64,000 bases of DNA from Firmicutes bacterium UBA911 (GTDB lineage Bacteria > Bacillota > Desulfotomaculia > Desulfotomaculales > Desulforudaceae), in assembly GCA_002294005.1 (NCBI GenBank), contig DBEH01000005.1, positions 19,475 to 83,474 of the forward strand. The letters run 5' to 3'. The first letter of the stretch is position 1. Every line of letters starts with the position of its first letter. The notes beneath the pieces are model-generated. The model was not told where the DNA came from. It searched no databases and saw only the letters and a program-made list of their open reading frames with translations. Positions 60,244-64,000 of this stretch are shown in pieces. Made by a program: the position numbers and the translations under genes.

Positions 60244-60378
60244 ATGACCAAAACCCAACTGCTGCAGCGTCTTGGGCAACGGAAAGAAATGTTCGAGAAG
60301 TACCTTAAGGGGTTGAAGACCGCGGAGAAACGCAAATCTCTGCAGGAAAGCCGGGCCGGAGACGGTCGCAAGGGCTGA
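60244..60378 (+). CDS. small basic hypothetical protein (44 aa)
   Basis: AAGGAGG RBS; MTKTQLLQRLGQRKEMFEKYLKGLKTAEKRKSLQESRAGDGRKG; below ORF-track cutoff. Confidence 0.65.
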   Translation: MTKTQLLQRLGQRKEMFEKYLKGLKTAEKRKSLQESRAGDGRKG

Positions 60379-60427
60379 GCATTATTGGTGGTCGGTGTTT
60401 CAACCGGGGACAAAATCGTGTTTTGAC

Positions 60428-60745
60428 TTATTTGAGCAACTTGGGGTAGTCTGTTTTGCTGTTGACTATACGATAAATGTATATGCCATCATCGAACACT
60501 TTATAGATGCACACGTACATGGGAGTGATAACCAGCTTTCGGTATCCACTTTCTGCAAGCACAGGATCGGGATGCGTCTGCCCCATAAGCGGAAACTGTG
60601 CCAGGCGGCCAATATTTCGCTCGATTTCCTCTGTGATACTCCTCGCAGAGTTAACGCCGGCCTTTTCGAGATGGTATCCGGCTATGTCAAGGATATCCTT
60701 TCTTGCCGGTGCGAGGTAAATCAGCTTACTTACCGGCGGCTGCAT
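60428..60745 (-). CDS. type II toxin, RelE/ParE family
   Basis: ARKDILDIAGY, LAQFPLMG, GYRKLV, YVCIY, IYRIV; overlaps antitoxin. Confidence 0.88.
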   Translation of the reverse strand: MQPPVSKLIYLAPARKDILDIAGYHLEKAGVNSARSITEEIERNIGRLAQFPLMGQTHPDPVLAESGYRKLVITPMYVCIYKVFDDGIYIYRIVNSKTDYPKLLK

Positions 60746-60998
60746 AAAGAGCCTCCAACTCCGCATGAATCCGCTCTGGCGTATAAGTGGGCATGCCGCT
60801 CAGACGTGCGACTTCCGCCTCGTACACCTTGTCTCTGTGACGAAACATTTTTTCTCTTTCCTCAAAAGCGTCTATACTCAGAACAACGAGATCCGCCTCT
60901 CCTTTATTAGTGATGACAATCGGCTCGCCTGTCTCTTTTGCAAGCGCGGATATTTGCGTATACTCGTTCCTCAACGCTGTTGACGGTTTGATGTTCAT
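60726..60998 (-). CDS. type II antitoxin, Phd/YefM family
   Basis: IKPSTALRNEYTQIS, GEPIVITNKGEADLVVLSI. Confidence 0.9.
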   Translation of the reverse strand: MNIKPSTALRNEYTQISALAKETGEPIVITNKGEADLVVLSIDAFEEREKMFRHRDKVYEAEVARLSGMPTYTPERIHAELEALYAAAGK

Positions 60999-61015
60999 TG
61001 CGCCATCTCCCTTCT

Positions 61016-61052
61016 CTGATAGTATTATATCAGTAGTATGATAGCTATGCAA
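61016..61052 (-). promoter_or_regulatory. TA promoter with overlapping palindromic operator
   Basis: TTGCAT-N17-TATAAT; CTGATA-N6-TATCAG spans the -10. Confidence 0.75.
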
Positions 61053-61102
61053 TACGATATTTGGATATTCTTTACCATCATTTATTGTAACCGCATCGGC
61101 AC

Positions 61103-61963
61103 TCAAACCTTGCCGCGCAGGTATTCCAGGAACGGTGCGCGCACCTCGTCACGCTCCAGGGCAAAGTCGACGGTGGCCTTCAGGTAACCCAGGCAGTGGC
61201 CGACGTCGTAACGCCGCCCCTCAAACCGGTAGCCGTAAAGGGGTTGTTCCCGGACCAGCAGGCGCAAGGCGTCGGTAAGCTGGATCTCCCCCCCGGCGCC
61301 GGGCTGGGCTTGCTCGATCAGGGGGAAAATACGCGGGTCCAGGATATAGCGCCCCGTCACCGCCATCCGGGACGGCGCTTGATCCACCGGCGGTTTCTCC
61401 ACCAGGTCCTCCACCGCGAAAAGCCGCGGTCCGGCGGCGCGGCCCCTGATCACCCCGTATTTGCTCACGTCTTCGGCCGGCACTTCCTCCAGGGCCACCA
61501 CGCCGGCGCCGAGCCTGGCGTGCTGCTCCAGCAGTTGCTTCAGGCAGGGCACCGGACCGCGCACGATGTCGTCTCCGAGCAGCACGGCAAAGGGCGCGTC
61601 GCCCACAAAGGCCCGGGCGCACCCCACGGCGTGCCCCAGCCCCAAGGGGTACCGCTGCCGGACGTAGTGGATGTTGCCCATGCCGCTGATCCGCTGGACC
61701 TCGGCCAGCTCCGCATCCTTCCCCTTCACCGCCAGGTAGGCCTCCAGCTCCGGCGCGTGGTCGAAATGGTCCTCAATCGCCCGTTTGCCACGCCCGGAAA
61801 TGATGAGGATATCCTCGATGCCCGAGGCCAAAGCTTCCTCGATGATGTACTGGATGGTCGGTTTGTCGATGATCGGGATCATCTCTTTGGGTTGGGACTT
61901 GGTGGCGGGCAGAAACCGGACTCCCAGCCCGGCCGCCGGAATCACCGCCTTCTTTACAACCAT
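61103..61963 (-). CDS. galU: UTP--glucose-1-phosphate uridylyltransferase
   Basis: KAVIPAAGLGVRFLPATK, PKEM, LGLGHAV, VEKP, GEIQLTD. Confidence 0.95.
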   Translation of the reverse strand: MVVKKAVIPAAGLGVRFLPATKSQPKEMIPIIDKPTIQYIIEEALASGIEDILIISGRGKRAIEDHFDHAPELEAYLAVKGKDAELAEVQRISGMGNIHYVRQRYPLGLGHAVGCARAFVGDAPFAVLLGDDIVRGPVPCLKQLLEQHARLGAGVVALEEVPAEDVSKYGVIRGRAAGPRLFAVEDLVEKPPVDQAPSRMAVTGRYILDPRIFPLIEQAQPGAGGEIQLTDALRLLVREQPLYGYRFEGRRYDVGHCLGYLKATVDFALERDEVRAPFLEYLRGKV

Positions 61964-62065
61964 TGTGTCACTCCCCCGGTATGTGAGATGTGAGATGTGT
62001 CGTGGCCGGTTATGCTTTCTAAAAGACACGGCTATGCGGCACTGCGGGGTTGTAGCAACACTCTC

Positions 62066-63124
62066 CTAGAGGTCGGAGCGCTTGCTGGTTTCGGCTGCGA
62101 CTTCCGGGCTTGGTTCGTGCGCGCTCCCGAACATCCCGACGCGGTTCGCGGCGGCGAGCAGCAGCACCGCTAGCACAAAAAGCATCAGCACCGCCTGTTC
62201 CGTGCTGAGGATGGTGAGCAACACGGCACTGCCGCCGAGCACGACGTTCACCCCGTACATGGACAGCACCGCGCCCCGGTGGGTAAGCCCCGCGCCCAAC
62301 AGCCGGTGGTGCAGGTGGCCCTTGTCCGGATAAAAGATCGGGCTGCCGTTCCGGTAGCGCCGCAGGACGGCGAAGGCGGTGTCGGTGAGCGGAATGCCCA
62401 GGATCACGACCGGGATGATCACCGAAAGGGCGGTCGCGCCCTTGGTCAGGCCCATGATGGCCAGGGTGGCCAGTGTAAACCCCAGGAACATCGAACCGGT
62501 ATCGCCCAGAAACACCCGGGCCGGGTGGAAATTATAGCGCAAGAACCCCAGGAGCGCCCCCGCCAGGATCAGCGTGACGGCCACCACCGCCATATTGCCC
62601 GCGACGGCCGCCACCACCGCCAGCGTAAAAGAGGCGATCAGCGCGGTTCCGGCCGCCAGACCGTCCAACCCGTCAATCAGGTTCAGCGCGTTGGTCACGG
62701 CCACCACCCAGAACACGGTCAGCGGAATTCCCCACCAGCCCAGGTAGATGATCCCGCCCAGCGGGTTGGTCAGGAATTCCACGTGGAAGCCAAAGGGGAT
62801 CAGCGCCAGCGCCGCCAGGAACTGCACGGCCAGCTTCAGCCGGGGGGAAGCGCCCCGGATGTCGTCCCACATGCCGAGAAGCACGATAATGGTGGCGCCG
62901 GTCAGCAGGCCCAGAAGCGGCGTAGTCAAAGGCTGGGTCAGGAGTACCGCGGCCGTGAACACCAAGTAGACCGCCAGGCCTCCCAGCCGGGGCATCGGGC
63001 GCTGGTGAATTTTGCGGTGGTTTGGTTCATCGACCGCGCCCAACCGCCGGGCCATCCTGATCACCAGCGGGGTGACGAACAGGCTTAAGACGGCGGCCAG
63101 TATCAGGGGTAAAGCCAGTTGCAC
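62066..63124 (-). CDS. tagO: undecaprenyl-phosphate GlcNAc-1-phosphate transferase (TagO/WecA)
   Basis: RKIH..PMPRLGG, DDI, NALNLIDGLDGLA, FLGDTGS, HLHHRL. Confidence 0.92.
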   Translation of the reverse strand: MQLALPLILAAVLSLFVTPLVIRMARRLGAVDEPNHRKIHQRPMPRLGGLAVYLVFTAAVLLTQPLTTPLLGLLTGATIIVLLGMWDDIRGASPRLKLAVQFLAALALIPFGFHVEFLTNPLGGIIYLGWWGIPLTVFWVVAVTNALNLIDGLDGLAAGTALIASFTLAVVAAVAGNMAVVAVTLILAGALLGFLRYNFHPARVFLGDTGSMFLGFTLATLAIMGLTKGATALSVIIPVVILGIPLTDTAFAVLRRYRNGSPIFYPDKGHLHHRLLGAGLTHRGAVLSMYGVNVVLGGSAVLLTILSTEQAVLMLFVLAVLLLAAANRVGMFGSAHEPSPEVAAETSKRSDL

Positions 63125-63315
63125 CGGTCAAAACCTCCCGGAGTGGTGGTCGGTGGTCGGCGGGGCACCAAATCAAACTCCCCGGCGGGACAAGCACATA
63201 GTTACGGCAACTCTACCCGATTCCTGATAAATTGACAATGACTGATTGACTGAGTATTTAGCTGGAAATATCCGGGTTTTAGTGCACAAGGGCGAATGCG
63301 GCCCTGGAAGGCAGA

Positions 63316-63750
63316 TCAGCCCGGCCGGGCCGCCGCCGCAAACAAGAGTTCCGTTTCGGCCACCCGGTCGGGACCGACAAACGCCGTACCGCGGCACTTG
63401 CCCACCTTGCCCCGCAGTTGCAGGATTTCCACTTCCAGGCGCAACACGTCGCCCGGCACCACCTGGCGCCGGAAACGGGCCTTGTCGATGCCGGCAAAGA
63501 GGAGCAGTTTGTCCCGGTACTCCTCCAGGCTGAGGACGGTCACCGCCGCCACCTGTGCCAGCGCCTCGACCACGAGTACGCCGGGCATCACCGGGTAGCC
63601 CGGGAAATGACCCGTAAAGAAAGGCTCGTTCATGGTAACGTTTTTCAAGCCGACCGCCCTCTTGCCGGGCTCCAGTTCGAGCACCCGGTCCACCAGCAAA
63701 AACGGGTGGCGGTGGGGCAAAAGCGCCATTATTTGCTTAATGTCCAGCAC
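63316..63750 (-). CDS. fabZ: 3-hydroxyacyl-ACP dehydratase FabZ
   Basis: [32 protein letters not shown]. Confidence 0.97.
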   Translation of the reverse strand: MLDIKQIMALLPHRHPFLLVDRVLELEPGKRAVGLKNVTMNEPFFTGHFPGYPVMPGVLVVEALAQVAAVTVLSLEEYRDKLLLFAGIDKARFRRQVVPGDVLRLEVEILQLRGKVGKCRGTAFVGPDRVAETELLFAAAARPG

Positions 63751-63827
63751 CTTTTTCTCCTCACTTCCCGGGCCGCCGCACCGGACGGACTGCCGAGATT
63801 ATTCCCCGGAGGCGGGAATGGATACCA

Positions 63828-64000
63828 TTACCTTTCGACACCGGATTGTCCGCCACCTGCCCCTTCTTCCCCTCCGGCCTCCGACCTCCGACTTCCGGCC
63901 TCCGACCTCCGACTTCCGGCCTCCAACATCCTTTTCCCCAGGTACCAGGCCGCGATCAGGGCCAACCCGAGGGCCACGCCCAGCCACAAACCGTTGAAGG
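63828..64000 (-). CDS. 3' end of a membrane protein (possibly DUF5693 family), runs off window
   Basis: Manual translation ...FNGLWLGVALGLALIAAWYLGKRMLEAGSRRSEAGSRRSEAGGEEGAGGGQSGVER*. Confidence 0.55.
   Translation of the reverse strand, partial: FNGLWLGVALGLALIAAWYLGKRMLEAGSRRSEAGSRRSEAGGEEGAGGGQSGVER
63871..63926. repeat. heptamer tandem repeat (CYTCCGR)x8
   Basis: cctccgg cctccga cctccga cttccgg cctccga cctccga cttccgg cctccaa. Confidence 0.85.

Noticed and set aside
63799-63987. 62-aa ORF with EVGGRKS repeats
   Set aside because: Alternative frame of the heptamer repeat; the membrane-protein frame ending at 63828 is more plausible.

Overview
This is a GC-rich window from a spore-forming anaerobic Bacillota genome. 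Gene content and a group III chaperonin inside the dnaK operon suggest a Candidatus Desulforudis/Desulfotomaculales-like organism; that is inference, not a search result. Most genes are core housekeeping genes on the minus strand. In transcription order (right to left) they are: fabZ-tagO-galU, a low-GC Phd/RelE-ParE toxin-antitoxin pair, yetF, a phosphohexomutase, murJ, ylmC, bioY (BirA operator), metK, GAF-GGDEF/comF/hpf/secA/prfB (programmed frameshift), split transketolase, a 2-oxoacid:ferredoxin oxidoreductase operon, comEA-comEC-holA, rpsT (+), spoIIP, lepA-hemW, hrcA(CIRCE)-cpn-grpE-dnaK-dnaJ-prmA-rsmE-mtaB-hinT-rpsU, yqfC-yqfD-phoH-pgpH-ybeY/cdd fusion-era. An accessory left end holds adhE, a frameshifted VanW-like gene, a ferredoxin, a sigI-rsgI operon, mnmA and an MFS transporter. 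The least explained signals are non-coding: (i) two diverged ~190-nt structured elements sharing the same motif order (11361-11547 and 53184-53368); (ii) three direct ~50-65 bp repeats bracketing comEA and comEC, one at a gene-truncation breakpoint; (iii) about 11 copies of a short A-tract/GGGG-WCWGW-CCCC/T-tract palindrome, including one in frame inside mtaB and one at a mazF truncation. All family calls, promoters and RNA pairings were made by eye without database searches.
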